Source: an uncultured Burkholderiales bacterium
GTDB taxonomy: Bacteria > Pseudomonadota > Gammaproteobacteria > Burkholderiales > SG8-41
Direction: 5' to 3'
DNA length: 64,000 nucleotides
Assembly: GCA_963924885.1 (NCBI GenBank)
Contig: CAWUUY010000107.1
Span: forward strand, 7,302-71,301
Shown: positions 18,602 to 29,412 of the stretch, piece by piece
Position numbering within the stretch: the first letter of the stretch is position 1
Layout of the letters: the number at the start of each line of letters is the position of its first letter
Translations under genes and position numbers: made by a program
The notes under the pieces: generated by a model
What the model saw: the letters and a program-made list of their open reading frames with translations, nothing else
Databases searched by the model: none
Told to the model about the DNA's origin: nothing

Positions 18602-19291
18602 TTATAGCGCCGGCGGGCTATGCATCAGGCGGGCATCCAGTTCCGCCAGCCGCCCCGGCGTGCCGACGTCGTTCCACACGCCGCGAAAATGTTCGCCCGA
18701 CACGCGGCCTTCGGCGATGGGTTGGGTGAGTTGCGCCGCCAGCCTTGCCTTGTCACCACGCCTGACGCCCGCGAACAACGCCGGGTGGTAGGCGCCGATG
18801 CCGCTGAACGTGAGCCGCGGCTCGTCCGCACCAACCACGCCGTCGCGCAACCCAAAATCGCCTTGGCGGTGTTGCGCTGGGTTGTTGACCAGCACCAGAT
18901 GCGCGGGCTGGCGCGCGGTGAGCGTTTGCGCGCGCGCGGCCAACGCCGCAACATCGTAGTCACTGTAGACGTCGCTGTTGACCACCAGAAACGGCTGCTC
19001 GTCCAACAACGGCAACGCCCACGCGATGCCGCCGGCGGTCTCCAGGGCTTCGCGTTCAAACGAGTACGTGATGCGCACGCCGTAGGCCGCGCCGTTACCC
19101 AAGGCCTGTTCAATCTGCCCGGCGAGGTGCGACACATTGACCACCACGTCCGTGACGCCCACGCGCTGGAGACGGGCTATCGCCCATACAATTAGCGGCT
19201 TGCCGCCCACCCTCAGCAGCGGCTTGGGCGTGGTGTCGGTGAGCGGGCGCATACGTTCGCCGCGCCCCGCCGCCAGTATCATTGCTTTCAT
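18602..19291 (-). CDS. murU: nucleotidyltransferase, MurNAc-1-P uridylyltransferase-like
   Basis: MKAMILAAGRGERMRPLTD..PKPLL. Conserved pairing with amgK next to lptD, as in Pseudomonas. Confidence 0.75.
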   Translation of the reverse strand: MKAMILAAGRGERMRPLTDTTPKPLLRVGGKPLIVWAIARLQRVGVTDVVVNVSHLAGQIEQALGNGAAYGVRITYSFEREALETAGGIAWALPLLDEQPFLVVNSDVYSDYDVAALAARAQTLTARQPAHLVLVNNPAQHRQGDFGLRDGVVGADEPRLTFSGIGAYHPALFAGVRRGDKARLAAQLTQPIAEGRVSGEHFRGVWNDVGTPGRLAELDARLMHSPPAL

Positions 19292-20298
19292 CAGAAGGTG
19301 TAGCCGATGCTGTGCGCGCGGCCTTCAAGCTCATCCAGTAACTGGGCCAGCGGGCCCAGTTCGCGGTAACGCGCGCTCACACGCCGCGCGTAGGCGATGA
19401 AGCGCGGCGTGTCTTTCAGGTAATGCGGCTTGCCGTCGCGATAGTTGATGCGCGCGAAAATGCCCAGCACCTTGATGTGCCGTTGAAGGCCCATCCATTC
19501 GACATCGCGCCAGAAGGTGCCGAAATCGGCATTCACCGGCAAGCCCGCCGCCTTGGCGCGCTCCCAGTAGCGGATCACCCAATCGAGCTCGCGTTCTTCC
19601 GGCCAGCTCACGAAGGCATCGCGAAACAGCGATGCCACGTCATAGGTGATCGGGCCGTACACCGCGTCCTGGAAATCCAGCATGCCGGGATTCGGCGTCG
19701 ATAACATCAGATTGCGCGGCATATAATCGCGATGCACATAGACCGAGGGCTGCGCCAGCGCGGCATCGATCAGCAGCTTGGCCGCGCCGTGAAAGATCGC
19801 ACGTTGCGTGCTGGTCAACGCGGTTTGCAAGTGTTTGCCGACGTACCAGTCGGGAAACAAATCGATTTCGCGCTGGAGTAACGCCGCATCGTACGGCGGC
19901 AACACGCCGGGGCGGCTGGCGCGCTGCCAGGTAATCAACGCGTCGATGGCGTCGCTGAACAAGGCATCGGTGTTGTCGGCATCGAATCCGTTTAAAAACG
20001 TGGTCGTGCCCAGATCGGTGAGCAGCAAAAATCCGCGCTCGAGGTCCTGCGCCACCACTTGCGGCACATTCAGGCCCGCCTCGCGCATCAGCGCGGCCAC
20101 TTTTACAAACGGGCGGCAATCCTCTTGGGGCGGCGGCGCATCCATGGCGATCCAGGTCTGCCCATTTTGGGTGACCCGAAAGTAACGCCGAAAACTGGCG
20201 TCCGCCGAAGCCGGGGCAAGGGAAAACACGTTTGCTTTGAAGAAGTTACCCGCGAGCCACGCGTGTAGCTCCGTCAGCCGGGCATCATTTTCCGACAA
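19291..20298 (-). CDS. amgK: aminoglycoside-phosphotransferase-fold kinase, anomeric MurNAc/GlcNAc kinase-like
   Basis: APH-fold motifs (HRDYMPRNLM, LDFQDA). Start overlaps the murU stop. Confidence 0.7.
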   Translation of the reverse strand: MSENDARLTELHAWLAGNFFKANVFSLAPASADASFRRYFRVTQNGQTWIAMDAPPPQEDCRPFVKVAALMREAGLNVPQVVAQDLERGFLLLTDLGTTTFLNGFDADNTDALFSDAIDALITWQRASRPGVLPPYDAALLQREIDLFPDWYVGKHLQTALTSTQRAIFHGAAKLLIDAALAQPSVYVHRDYMPRNLMLSTPNPGMLDFQDAVYGPITYDVASLFRDAFVSWPEERELDWVIRYWERAKAAGLPVNADFGTFWRDVEWMGLQRHIKVLGIFARINYRDGKPHYLKDTPRFIAYARRVSARYRELGPLAQLLDELEGRAHSIGYTF

Positions 20299-20383
20299 AG
20301 CTTGGATTGCCTAAAGTTGGGAATTATGCGATTTTAGCACCTCACTCCGTTTTGCCCGCAACGTTCGTAACCCCCTTCCCCGC

Positions 20384-22684
20384 ATGATGGCGTCTCCGCG
20401 TAAATCCCGTATTGCGTTAGCGTTGTTGTGCGCGCTGCCGTCGCTCGCCGCCGCGCAACAAGGCCTGCAATTGCGTCCGCAGCCGTCGCTGATTGAGTTG
20501 CCGTCGGAGAACAAAGACGATACGCCGATGTACATGGAAGGCGATCGCATGCAAGGCCACACTGATCGCGAAACCGAGGCTCAGGGCAACGCGCGTTTTC
20601 GCGGACGCGGGCAATCGATTTCCGCTGACTGGATGCGCCACGACAAGCGCGACAACGAGTTGACCGCCATCGGCAACGTGCGCATGGTGCAAGGTACGGA
20701 GCTGACCGAAGGCGCGCGGTTGCGTTACAACCTCGACACCGATCGCGGCTTGCTGGAGAACGTCCGTTATTCCCTCAGCCCCAAAGAAACCGGCGCCGCC
20801 CCGGGGGCGCGGTCCACGGTGTCGCCATTTGATGCGCGAGGTACCGCTGACCGGGCCGTGTTTGAAGGGCCGGGCCTGATGCGCGCGCAGCAGGCGACCT
20901 ATACCACCTGCGAGCCTGGCGACGACTCCTGGTTGTTCCGCGCGCGTGAGATGCTGATTGACAAAAACAATAACATCGGCACCGCGCGCGACGCCACAGT
21001 CGAGTTTCTGGGCACGCCTATTTTTTACACGCCGTCCATGCGGTTCACGCTGCACCAGGAACGCAATTCGGGGTTTCTCACACCGGGCTACGGCAACTCC
21101 ACCACCGGCGGCTTTGAGCTGCAGGTGCCGTATTACTGGAACATGGCACCCAACCGCGACATGACGATTACGCCGCGGCTGATGTCCAAGCGCGGACTGC
21201 AATTGCGCACGGATTTTCGCTACCTGGAGCCGCAGTATCGCGGCGAGTTTAATCTGGAGTATCTGCCCAACGATAATGTCACCGGCGCCAACCGGCAGTT
21301 GTTCAAGTTTAATCACGCGCATTCGTTTGCCAACAACTGGTCGGGTTCGCTGGATTTGAACAAAGTTTCCGACGGCAAGTATTTCTCCGACCTGTCGACA
21401 CAGATTGCACTGACCTCGCAGACTTACCTGGTGCGTCAGGGCGTGTTGTCGCGCGGTGGCGAGTGGGGCAGCGGCGGAACATATTCATTTTCCACGCTGG
21501 CGCAGGGCTGGCAGACGCTGCAAAACGATCCGCTGGCGCCGCTGACGCCGCCCTATGGCCGGCGCCCGCAACTGACCCTGACCGCGCAGAACCAGAATGT
21601 GCTGTTTGGGGATTTCGATTTTCAGACCAGTTACACCGATTTTACGCATCCGACGCTGGTCAACGGTCGGCGCGTAGTGGCCTATCCCAGCCTGTCGTTT
21701 CCGTTTACCGCGCCCTATGGCTACATCACGCCAAAGATCGGCGTACACGCGTCGCGTTATTTTATCGATCAGCAAAATACGGCCGCGATGCCGGACAGGA
21801 CGCGCGTGTTGCCCACGTTTACCGCCGACAGCGGACTGATATTCGAGCGCGGCGCGAACATCTTCGGCAAGGCGTATACGCAGACATTGGAGCCCAAGCT
21901 CTACTACGTGTATATCCCGTATCGCGACCAGAGCATGATCCCGAATTTCGAAAGCGGCGTGCAGGATATCAACTTCGCCACGATTTATTCGGAGAACCAA
22001 TTCAGCGGCAACGACCGCATCAACGACGCCAATCAGCTCACCATCGGCGTGAACTCGCGGCTGATTAATCCCGACACCGGCGTCGAAGTGCTGCGCGCGG
22101 GCTTGGCGCAACGCTATTACTTCCGCCCGCAACAGGTCACCGTCCCTGGCGTGCCGGTGCGCAACAACCAGAGCTCGCGCTCGGATCTGCTGGCGGCGTT
22201 AAGCGGCAATGTCGCGCCAAACTGGACGGCGGATTTCGGCTGGCAATACAACACCGATACCGCCCGGACCCAGCGCATGAGTGTTGCCGCGCGTTATCAG
22301 CCGGAACAAGGCAAGGTGCTGAATCTCGCCTATCGCCACGTGGTGAATTCGTTCCGCCAGTTCGATGTGTCTGGGCAATGGCCGATCGCCGGCAAATGGA
22401 ACGCCGTGGGCCGCTGGAATTATTCGATGCAGGACAAGCGACTGCTCGAAGCGGTGGCTGGCGTCGAATATGACGGCGGCTGCTGGGCGCTGCGCTTCGT
22501 CGGCCACCGTTTGTCCACTGCCACCAATGCCAGCACCAGCGCGGTGTTTATTGAGCTGGAATTGAATGGCGTCACCCGTGTCGGGTCGAACCCGTTGGCC
22601 GTTCTGCAAAGAAACATCAGCGGCTATACTCGCCACGATCCGCGCCAATCGCGACCCAACGAATATTTCGTGCCGGAACGCTAG
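20384..22684 (+). CDS. lptD: LPS-assembly outer-membrane protein LptD
   Basis: 766 aa with signal peptide. OstA-like N-terminus and large beta-barrel. lptD-surA-pdxA-rsmA synteny. Confidence 0.92.
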   Translation: MMASPRKSRIALALLCALPSLAAAQQGLQLRPQPSLIELPSENKDDTPMYMEGDRMQGHTDRETEAQGNARFRGRGQSISADWMRHDKRDNELTAIGNVRMVQGTELTEGARLRYNLDTDRGLLENVRYSLSPKETGAAPGARSTVSPFDARGTADRAVFEGPGLMRAQQATYTTCEPGDDSWLFRAREMLIDKNNNIGTARDATVEFLGTPIFYTPSMRFTLHQERNSGFLTPGYGNSTTGGFELQVPYYWNMAPNRDMTITPRLMSKRGLQLRTDFRYLEPQYRGEFNLEYLPNDNVTGANRQLFKFNHAHSFANNWSGSLDLNKVSDGKYFSDLSTQIALTSQTYLVRQGVLSRGGEWGSGGTYSFSTLAQGWQTLQNDPLAPLTPPYGRRPQLTLTAQNQNVLFGDFDFQTSYTDFTHPTLVNGRRVVAYPSLSFPFTAPYGYITPKIGVHASRYFIDQQNTAAMPDRTRVLPTFTADSGLIFERGANIFGKAYTQTLEPKLYYVYIPYRDQSMIPNFESGVQDINFATIYSENQFSGNDRINDANQLTIGVNSRLINPDTGVEVLRAGLAQRYYFRPQQVTVPGVPVRNNQSSRSDLLAALSGNVAPNWTADFGWQYNTDTARTQRMSVAARYQPEQGKVLNLAYRHVVNSFRQFDVSGQWPIAGKWNAVGRWNYSMQDKRLLEAVAGVEYDGGCWALRFVGHRLSTATNASTSAVFIELELNGVTRVGSNPLAVLQRNISGYTRHDPRQSRPNEYFVPER

Positions 22685-22699
22685 TCACTTCCCCTTTGG

Positions 22700-24091
22700 A
22701 TGTTTGCAGGTAACTATATGTTTTTAAAAGATATTTTTGTTGTCACGCGCATGGTGGCATTGTCAGCGGCTTTCGTGCCGGTAGCGGCTTGGGCGCAACT
22801 CAAACCGCCATCACAGTCGCAGCCCGCGTTGCAAGTGCAGCCGCAGTCGAAGCCCAAGCCGCGCCCCATCGTCACCCTCGATCGCATCATCGCGGTGATC
22901 AACGACGAAGTGATTACGCGTAACGATCTGAACGAGCGTATCGGTTTGGCTGAAGCTCAACTGCGGCGACAAGGCACGCCGGCCCCGGCGCGGCCCATCC
23001 TCGAACGGCAATTGCTGGAACGCATGATCGCTGACCGCGCGCAAGTCCAGTTCGCCAGAGACAACGGCTTGCGTATTGACGATGTGGAGCTCGACCGCGC
23101 CATTGCCCGTATCGCGGAAGATAACAAGATCTCGGTGCCGCAGTTGCGCGAGGCGCTGAAGCGCGATGGCGTGCCGTTCATCAAATTCCGCGAGGATATT
23201 CGCAGCCAGATAGTGATGGCGCGGCTGCGCGAGCGCGAAGTCGACGACAAGATCGTCATCACCGAAAGTGAAATCGACAACATGCTCGCCAATCCGCAGC
23301 AGCAGGCGGCGGGTGCGGATGAATTCGAGGTGTCGCACATCCTCGTGCGGGTACCGGAGAACGCACGACCCGATCAGATACAGGAGCGGTTGACGCGCGC
23401 CGAGCAGGCGCTGACGCAACTGAAGTCCGGCTCCGATTTCCGGCAGATCGCCGCGACCTTCTCCGATTCACCCGATGCGTTGCAAGGCGGCGGTATGGGC
23501 TGGCGCGACGGCGACCGGCTGCCGACCTTGTTCTTTGACGCGTTACGTATCATGAAATCTGGCGAAGTCAGCCCCATTTTGCGTAGTCCCAACGGTTTTC
23601 ACATCCTCAAGCTGAATGACCGCCGCGGCGGGCAAGGGCCGCTGCTGGTGCAGCAGACCAGCGCGCGCCATATCCTGATCAAGGCGAGCGAGCTGGTATC
23701 CGACAACGAAGCGCGCAACCGCCTGCGCAATCTGAAGGAGCGCCTAGAAAACAAGGGCGACTTTGCCCAGCTTGCTCGCGCCAACTCCGAGGACACCAGT
23801 GCCGCCAGAGGCGGCGATCTCGGCTGGTTGTCGCCCGGGGACACCGTGCCGGAATTCGAACGCGCGATGAACGCGTTAAAGCTCAGCGAGATCAGCGAGC
23901 CGGTGCGCTCGCCCTTCGGCTGGCACCTGATTCAAGTCACCGAGCGGCGCAGCTCCGACATGTCCAAGGAGCGCCGCCGCCTCTCCGCGCGCCAGGCGCT
24001 GCGCGAGCGCAAGAGCGAAGAAGCCTACGAAGAATGGGTGCGCCAGTTGCGCGACCGCGCGTTCGTCGAGATTCGTCTCGAGGAACGCTAA
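22700..24091 (+). CDS. surA: periplasmic chaperone/peptidyl-prolyl isomerase SurA
   Basis: Two parvulin domains (GG.LGW...). Synteny. The exact start is uncertain. Confidence 0.9.
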   Translation: MFAGNYMFLKDIFVVTRMVALSAAFVPVAAWAQLKPPSQSQPALQVQPQSKPKPRPIVTLDRIIAVINDEVITRNDLNERIGLAEAQLRRQGTPAPARPILERQLLERMIADRAQVQFARDNGLRIDDVELDRAIARIAEDNKISVPQLREALKRDGVPFIKFREDIRSQIVMARLREREVDDKIVITESEIDNMLANPQQQAAGADEFEVSHILVRVPENARPDQIQERLTRAEQALTQLKSGSDFRQIAATFSDSPDALQGGGMGWRDGDRLPTLFFDALRIMKSGEVSPILRSPNGFHILKLNDRRGGQGPLLVQQTSARHILIKASELVSDNEARNRLRNLKERLENKGDFAQLARANSEDTSAARGGDLGWLSPGDTVPEFERAMNALKLSEISEPVRSPFGWHLIQVTERRSSDMSKERRRLSARQALRERKSEEAYEEWVRQLRDRAFVEIRLEER

Positions 24092-24099
24092 CGCGCACC

Positions 24100-25065
24100 A
24101 TGTTGCCGACCATAGCCGTCACCGCCGGGGAACCCGCGGGTGTTGGCCCCGAAATCTGCGCCGCACTAGTGGCGGCGGCACTACCCGCGCGCATCGTGGT
24201 GATCGCGGATCGGGAGTTGCTGCGCGAACGCACGCAAATCGACTGGGCGGATTTCACTGGCGGATGCACCGTGACCACGGCCAGTGTGTGCGTGCTGCAT
24301 GTGCCGCTGATCGAGCCGTCCGAGGCGGGCACATTGAATGCCGCCAACAGCCGTTATGTGCTGCGCACGCTGGGTGTCGCCTGCGATGGCTGCACCGACG
24401 GCCTCTTCGACGCCATCGCGACTGCCCCGGTGCATAAGGGCATCATCAACGATGCCGGCATCGCGTTCACCGGGCACACCGAGTTTTTGCAGGCGCGCAC
24501 GCACGCGCCGCACGTGGTGATGATGCTGGCGGGCGGCGGTCTGCGCGTGGCGCTGGCCACCACGCACTTGGCGCTGAAGGATGTCGCGGCGCACATCACG
24601 CGTGACAGCCTGACGCGGACGCTGCGCGTGTTGAACCATGATCTGCAACAATATTTCGGCATCGCCGCACCGCGCATCGCGGTGGCGGGACTGAATCCGC
24701 ACGCGGGCGAATCCGGCCACTTGGGGTGCGAGGAAATCGACGTTATCGCGCCGGTAATCCATGCGCTACGCGCCGAAGGCATGCATCTTTCCGATCCGCT
24801 TCCCGCCGATACATTATTCAATCCCGAACGGTTGAAACATTACGACGCCGTGCTGGCGATGTACCACGATCAGGGTTTGCCGGTGCTCAAGTACGCGAGC
24901 TTCGGCGCGGGCGTGAACATCACGCTGGGGCTGCCGATCATCCGCACCTCGGTCGATCACGGCACCGCGCTCGACATCGCCGGTCAGGGCAAGGCCGACG
25001 TCGGCAGCCTGATCGAAGCGGTCAAACTCGCCATCGAACTGGCTAACGCAAAGCGCAACGTCTGA
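24100..25065 (+). CDS. pdxA: 4-hydroxythreonine-4-phosphate dehydrogenase
   Basis: IAVTAGEPAGVGPE...GLNPHAGE..G...ITLGLP.IRTSVDHGTA. Start at ATG 24100. Confidence 0.92.
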   Translation: MLPTIAVTAGEPAGVGPEICAALVAAALPARIVVIADRELLRERTQIDWADFTGGCTVTTASVCVLHVPLIEPSEAGTLNAANSRYVLRTLGVACDGCTDGLFDAIATAPVHKGIINDAGIAFTGHTEFLQARTHAPHVVMMLAGGGLRVALATTHLALKDVAAHITRDSLTRTLRVLNHDLQQYFGIAAPRIAVAGLNPHAGESGHLGCEEIDVIAPVIHALRAEGMHLSDPLPADTLFNPERLKHYDAVLAMYHDQGLPVLKYASFGAGVNITLGLPIIRTSVDHGTALDIAGQGKADVGSLIEAVKLAIELANAKRNV

Positions 25066-25070
25066 CCGCC

Positions 25071-25862
25071 GTGGGCCACCAACCCCGCAAACGATTCGGG
25101 CAAAATTTTCTTCAAAAACAAGAAGTTATAGATGATATCGTTCACGTTATCAAGCCGCACCCCGATGACCTGATGGTGGAGATCGGCCCCGGCCTCGGCG
25201 CGCTGACCAACCCGCTGGCCAAGGCATTGAAGCAGTTGCACGTGATCGAACTGGACCGCGATATCGTCAGCCGGCTGCGCGACAAACACGCCGGTGGCAA
25301 CGTGGTGATCCACGAAGGCGACGCGCTGAAATTCGATTTCGCCTCGCTCAGCGGCGGATTGCGCGCGCAGTTGCGTATCGTCGGCAATCTGCCCTACAAC
25401 ATCTCCACCCCATTGCTGTTTCATCTCGCCGAACAAATCGATTGCGTGCGCGACATCCACGCCATGCTGCAAAAAGAAGTGGTCGAGCGCATGGTGGCCG
25501 CGCCCGATTCTGCCGCCTACGGACGCCTGTCGGTCGCGCTGCAATATCGGTTTGAAATGGAAAAAGTGCTCGACGTCGGCCCGGAGTCGTTTTACCCGGT
25601 GCCGAAGGTTAATTCTGCCGTGATACGCATGTTGCCGCGCGCAAAAAATGAACTCACGGCAACTGACGAAGTGCTGTTCGCGCGCATTGTCACCACCGCG
25701 TTTTCACAGCGACGCAAAACGCTGCGCAATACGCTGCGCAATATACTGGCGTTAAAAGCCTTCGAGGCTCTAGGCGTTGATCCGCAGGCGCGGGCGGAGA
25801 CGCTGGGGGTGGGCGATTTTGTGCGGATCGCCAACTGGGTCTCGCAACAGCAAACGGCTTAA
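25071..25862 (+). CDS. rsmA: 16S rRNA (adenine1518/1519-N6)-dimethyltransferase
   Basis: KRFGQNFL...[10 protein letters not shown]...[11 protein letters not shown]. Confidence 0.92.
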   Translation: MGHQPRKRFGQNFLQKQEVIDDIVHVIKPHPDDLMVEIGPGLGALTNPLAKALKQLHVIELDRDIVSRLRDKHAGGNVVIHEGDALKFDFASLSGGLRAQLRIVGNLPYNISTPLLFHLAEQIDCVRDIHAMLQKEVVERMVAAPDSAAYGRLSVALQYRFEMEKVLDVGPESFYPVPKVNSAVIRMLPRAKNELTATDEVLFARIVTTAFSQRRKTLRNTLRNILALKAFEALGVDPQARAETLGVGDFVRIANWVSQQQTA

Positions 25863-26248
25863 GCTTTCTTCCGCTGCACGAACTCAATCTTGTATCCATC
25901 CGGGTCTTCGACAAACGCAATTACCGTGGTGCCGTGTTTCATCGGCCCCGGTTCGCGCGTGACTTTGCCGCCGCGTTTTTTGACTTCTTCGCAGGTTTTG
26001 TAGGCGTCATCGACTTCAATCGCCACATGGCCGTAACCGTTGCCCAGATCGTAGGAGGGGGTGTCCCAGTTGTAGGTCAGTTCCAGCACCGATGTTTTGG
26101 ATTCGTCGTCGTAACCCACGAAGGTGTTGGTGAAGCGGCCAGACGGGTACTCGGACTGGCGCAGCAGTTTCATGCCCAGCACCTGCGTGTAAAAGTCGAT
26201 TGAGCGTTGCAGGTTGCCCACGCGAATCATGGTATGCAGCATTCTCAT
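25859..26248 (-). CDS. gloA: lactoylglutathione lyase (glyoxalase I)
   Basis: [18 protein letters not shown]...LGM...ELTYNW...YGH.A. Confidence 0.9.
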   Translation of the reverse strand: MRMLHTMIRVGNLQRSIDFYTQVLGMKLLRQSEYPSGRFTNTFVGYDDESKTSVLELTYNWDTPSYDLGNGYGHVAIEVDDAYKTCEEVKKRGGKVTREPGPMKHGTTVIAFVEDPDGYKIEFVQRKKA

Positions 26249-26275
26249 TGCGGCGCTCCTGTGTGAAATTTCCGG

Positions 26276-26461
26276 TTAAATTTGCACCATTTCAAAATCG
26301 TCTTTGCGCGCGCCGCATTCCGGACACGTCCAGTTGATCGGCACGTCTTCCCATGTAGTGCCGGGGGCGATGCCTTCGTCGGGCAAGCCCGCTTCTTCGC
26401 TGTAGATCCAGCCGCAGATGAGACACATCCAGGATTTATAAACGGGGGCTTCGTTGGGCAT
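26276..26461 (-). CDS. rubredoxin
   Basis: WMCLICGWIY...WTCPECG two CxxCG knuckles. Confidence 0.9.
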   Translation of the reverse strand: MPNEAPVYKSWMCLICGWIYSEEAGLPDEGIAPGTTWEDVPINWTCPECGARKDDFEMVQI

Positions 26462-26494
26462 GATGGGTCACGGATAAAGGAGTGAATTGCGCTA

Positions 26495-26515
26495 GAATCG
26501 AATTTTAATCGATTC
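26495..26515. promoter_or_regulatory. inverted repeat in divergent rubredoxin/thiD promoter region
   Basis: GAATCGA-N7-TCGATTC. Confidence 0.3.
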
Positions 26516-26557
26516 GGCTTGCGGTTTCTTCTGCGGGTCTCATTTCTGAACCTCTCC

Positions 26558-27436
26558 ATGCCCGAAGTACCCCCCATCGTACTGGTTTTTTCCGCCACCG
26601 ATCCCACCGGCGGCGCGGGCATGCAGGCGGATATTCTCACGCTGGCGAGCATGGGCTGCCATCCGCTGTCGGTGATTACCGCGATCACGGTGCAGGATAC
26701 GATGGGCGTGGACGATATTATGCCGATCGATGCCGACTGGATCGCCGATCAGGCGCGCTGCGTGCTCGAAGACATGCCGGTGGCGGCGTTCAAAATCGGC
26801 GTCATCGGCAGTGTGGATGCGGTTACCGCCATCGCCGAGGTGGTGTCGGATTACCCCGAGATTCCGCTGATCCTCGACCCGGTGTTGAGTTCCGGCCGCG
26901 GTGATGAGCTGGCGAACGAAGACATCCTGGTGGCGATGCGCGAATTGCTGATTCCGCAAACCACCATCATCACGCCCAACAGTTTGGAAGCGCGCCGCCT
27001 TGCGCTGAACGACCGCGACGACAAGGACGATCCCGATCTGGCGGAATGCGCAAAACGCATCATCGCCTCGGGTTGCGAATACGTGCTGATCACCGGCACC
27101 CACGAAAATACCCTGCAAGTAGTGAATATTCTGTACGGCGAATCGGGCACGGTCACCAGTGAATCATGGCCGCGCCTGCCGGGGCAGTACCACGGGTCGG
27201 GCTGCACGCTGGCCTCCGCCATTGCGGCCACCATCGCCAACGGCCTGCCGATGGACGAGGCGGTAAAAGACGCGCAGGAATATACCTGGCAGACGTTGAA
27301 GGCGGGATTTCGCGCCGGCATGGGACAACACATCCCCGACCGCTTGTTCTGGGCGCGCGAGGAAGAGCACGCCGATACCGCTGATGCCGCCGATACCGCT
27401 GCGCCGCCCGCCGACGACCGAAACGATAAACCATGA
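26558..27436 (+). CDS. thiD: hydroxymethylpyrimidine/phosphomethylpyrimidine kinase
   Basis: VLVFSATDPTGGAGMQADI...HGSGCTLASAIAA. Start at ATG 26558. Confidence 0.9.
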   Translation: MPEVPPIVLVFSATDPTGGAGMQADILTLASMGCHPLSVITAITVQDTMGVDDIMPIDADWIADQARCVLEDMPVAAFKIGVIGSVDAVTAIAEVVSDYPEIPLILDPVLSSGRGDELANEDILVAMRELLIPQTTIITPNSLEARRLALNDRDDKDDPDLAECAKRIIASGCEYVLITGTHENTLQVVNILYGESGTVTSESWPRLPGQYHGSGCTLASAIAATIANGLPMDEAVKDAQEYTWQTLKAGFRAGMGQHIPDRLFWAREEEHADTADAADTAAPPADDRNDKP

Positions 27437-28071
27437 AACGCCTTGCACAGATTGCCGGCTTGTATGGCGTCACGCCCGACGACGCGGACAGCGCGCGTCT
27501 GCTGACGCGCGTGCGCGCCGCGCTCGCTGGCGGCATGCGCATCCTGCAATACCGCAACAAAACGGCGGATGCCGGGTTGCGCCGCGAGCAGGCCGCAGCG
27601 CTGCGCGCGTTGTGCCGCGACTACGGTGCGGCGCTAATCATCAATGACGATCTTGAGCTGGCGCTGGCGGTCGATGCCGACGGCCTGCATCTGGGCGGCG
27701 AAGATGGCTCGCTGGCGGCAGCACGCGCGCGGCTGGGGCCGGATAAGTGGCTCGGCGCATCGTGTTACCGCAGCCTCGACAACGCCGAACGGGCGCTTAC
27801 CGAGGGCGCGGATCACATTGCTTTCGGCAGTTTTTTTGTCTCCACCGTCAAGCCCGGCGCAGTGCGTTCGACGCCTTCGATATTGACCGAGGCAAAACAA
27901 AAATTCAACGTGCCGGTAGTGGCTATCGGCGGCATTACGCTCGACAATGCCTGTGCGTTGATCGCCGCCGGCGCGGACAGCGTGGCGCTGATCACGGCAT
28001 TATTCAGCGCGCCGGACGTGACGCTTGCGGCACAGAAATTCAACGCGCTGTTTGGCGACGTAGTTCGGTGA
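27433..28071 (+). CDS. thiE: thiamine-phosphate synthase
   Basis: LYGVTPD...QYR.K...INDD..LA....ADG.HLG.ED. ATGA overlap with thiD. Confidence 0.88.
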   Translation: MKRLAQIAGLYGVTPDDADSARLLTRVRAALAGGMRILQYRNKTADAGLRREQAAALRALCRDYGAALIINDDLELALAVDADGLHLGGEDGSLAAARARLGPDKWLGASCYRSLDNAERALTEGADHIAFGSFFVSTVKPGAVRSTPSILTEAKQKFNVPVVAIGGITLDNACALIAAGADSVALITALFSAPDVTLAAQKFNALFGDVVR

Positions 28072-28089
28072 ACACTGTCGGGTGACCCC

Positions 28090-29376
28090 ATGAAACAAAG
28101 CCAGAAACTGTTTAACCACGCGCAATTGCTGATTCCGGGCGGCGTCAATTCGCCGGTGCGGGCGTTTCGCTCGGTGGGGGGCATACCGCTTTTCATCAAG
28201 CGCGGGCGCGGCTCGCAGATCTGGGATGCCGACGGCAATGTTTACATCGATTACGTGGGGTCGTGGGGGCCGCTGATCGCGGGCCACGCGCATCCGGACG
28301 TGGTGAAGGCCGTGCAGCAAGCCGCCGAGCGCGGGCTGTCGTTTGGCGCGCCGACCGAGGCGGAACTGGACATGGCGAGCCTGCTGGTAAAGCTGGTGCC
28401 GTCTATGGAGCAGGTGCGGCTGGTCAGTTCGGGCACCGAAGCCACCATGAGCGCGATCCGTGTCGCGCGTGGTTACACGCGGCGCTCGAAAATCATCAAG
28501 TTCGAGGGCTGCTACCACGGCCATGCTGACGCGCTGTTGGTCAAGGCGGGATCGGGAGCGCTGACGTTCGGCCAGCCGTCGTCGGCGGGTGTGCCGCCGG
28601 AAACGGCGGCGCATACGCTGGTGCTGGATTTCAACGATGAAACCACGCTGCAGGCTGCGTTTGAACGCGAGGGTAACGATATTGCCGCGGTCATCGTCGA
28701 GCCGGTGGTGGGCAATGCCAATCTGATCGCGCCGAGGGCGGGCTTTTTGCAACGGCTGCGCGAGTTATGCACGCAGTACGGCGCGGTGCTGATTTTCGAC
28801 GAAGTGATGACCGGCTTTCGCGTCGCGCTGGGTGGCGCGCAGGCGGTGTACGGCATCAAGCCCGACATGACGACGCTGGGCAAAGTGATCGGCGGCGGCA
28901 TGCCGGTGGGTGCGTTCGGCGGTCGGCGCGACATCATGCAGTGCGTGGCGCCGCTGGGGCCGGTGTATCAGGCCGGTACGCTGTCGGGCAATCCGGTGGC
29001 GGTGGCGGCGGGTTTGGCCACGCTGGCGCTGGTGCAGGCGCCGGGTTTCTACGACAAGCTCACCGCCACCGCTTACGCGCTGTGCAAAGGCTTAAACGAG
29101 GCGGCGGCATCGCACCATATCGCGTTTTGCGCGCAGCACGTTGGCGGCATGTTCGGTTTGTATTTTCGCGATGTCAGCAACGGACCGCCGCAAACCTACA
29201 CGGAAGTCATGCAGTGCGACAAGGAGCGCTTCAACACGTTTTTTCACGCCATGCTGGCGGAAGGCGTGTATCTCGCGCCGTCGGCGTATGAAGCGGGGTT
29301 TGTGTCGTCGGCGCACAGCGCAGCCGACATCGAAAAAACCCTGGCCGCCGCCGAAAAGGCTTTTGTCGCTCTATAA
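28090..29376 (+). CDS. hemL: glutamate-1-semialdehyde 2,1-aminomutase
   Basis: [12 protein letters not shown]...[11 protein letters not shown]...TLGKVIGGG. Confidence 0.95.
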   Translation: MKQSQKLFNHAQLLIPGGVNSPVRAFRSVGGIPLFIKRGRGSQIWDADGNVYIDYVGSWGPLIAGHAHPDVVKAVQQAAERGLSFGAPTEAELDMASLLVKLVPSMEQVRLVSSGTEATMSAIRVARGYTRRSKIIKFEGCYHGHADALLVKAGSGALTFGQPSSAGVPPETAAHTLVLDFNDETTLQAAFEREGNDIAAVIVEPVVGNANLIAPRAGFLQRLRELCTQYGAVLIFDEVMTGFRVALGGAQAVYGIKPDMTTLGKVIGGGMPVGAFGGRRDIMQCVAPLGPVYQAGTLSGNPVAVAAGLATLALVQAPGFYDKLTATAYALCKGLNEAAASHHIAFCAQHVGGMFGLYFRDVSNGPPQTYTEVMQCDKERFNTFFHAMLAEGVYLAPSAYEAGFVSSAHSAADIEKTLAAAEKAFVAL

Positions 29377-29380
29377 ATAA

Positions 29381-29400
29381 TTGTTTTAAAACAAAACTTA
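29381..29400 (-). repeat. AT-rich intergenic element, copy 5 (contains perfect palindrome TTGTTTTAAAACAA)
   Basis: The reverse complement TAAGTTTTGTTTTAAAACAATTATTTATAGAGCG aligns with the copies at 996, 43995 and 48204. Confidence 0.5.
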
Positions 29401-29412
29401 TGGAGTTTTGAG

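Noticed and set aside
20417-21322. 301-aa minus-strand ORF
   Set aside because: Antisense shadow of lptD.
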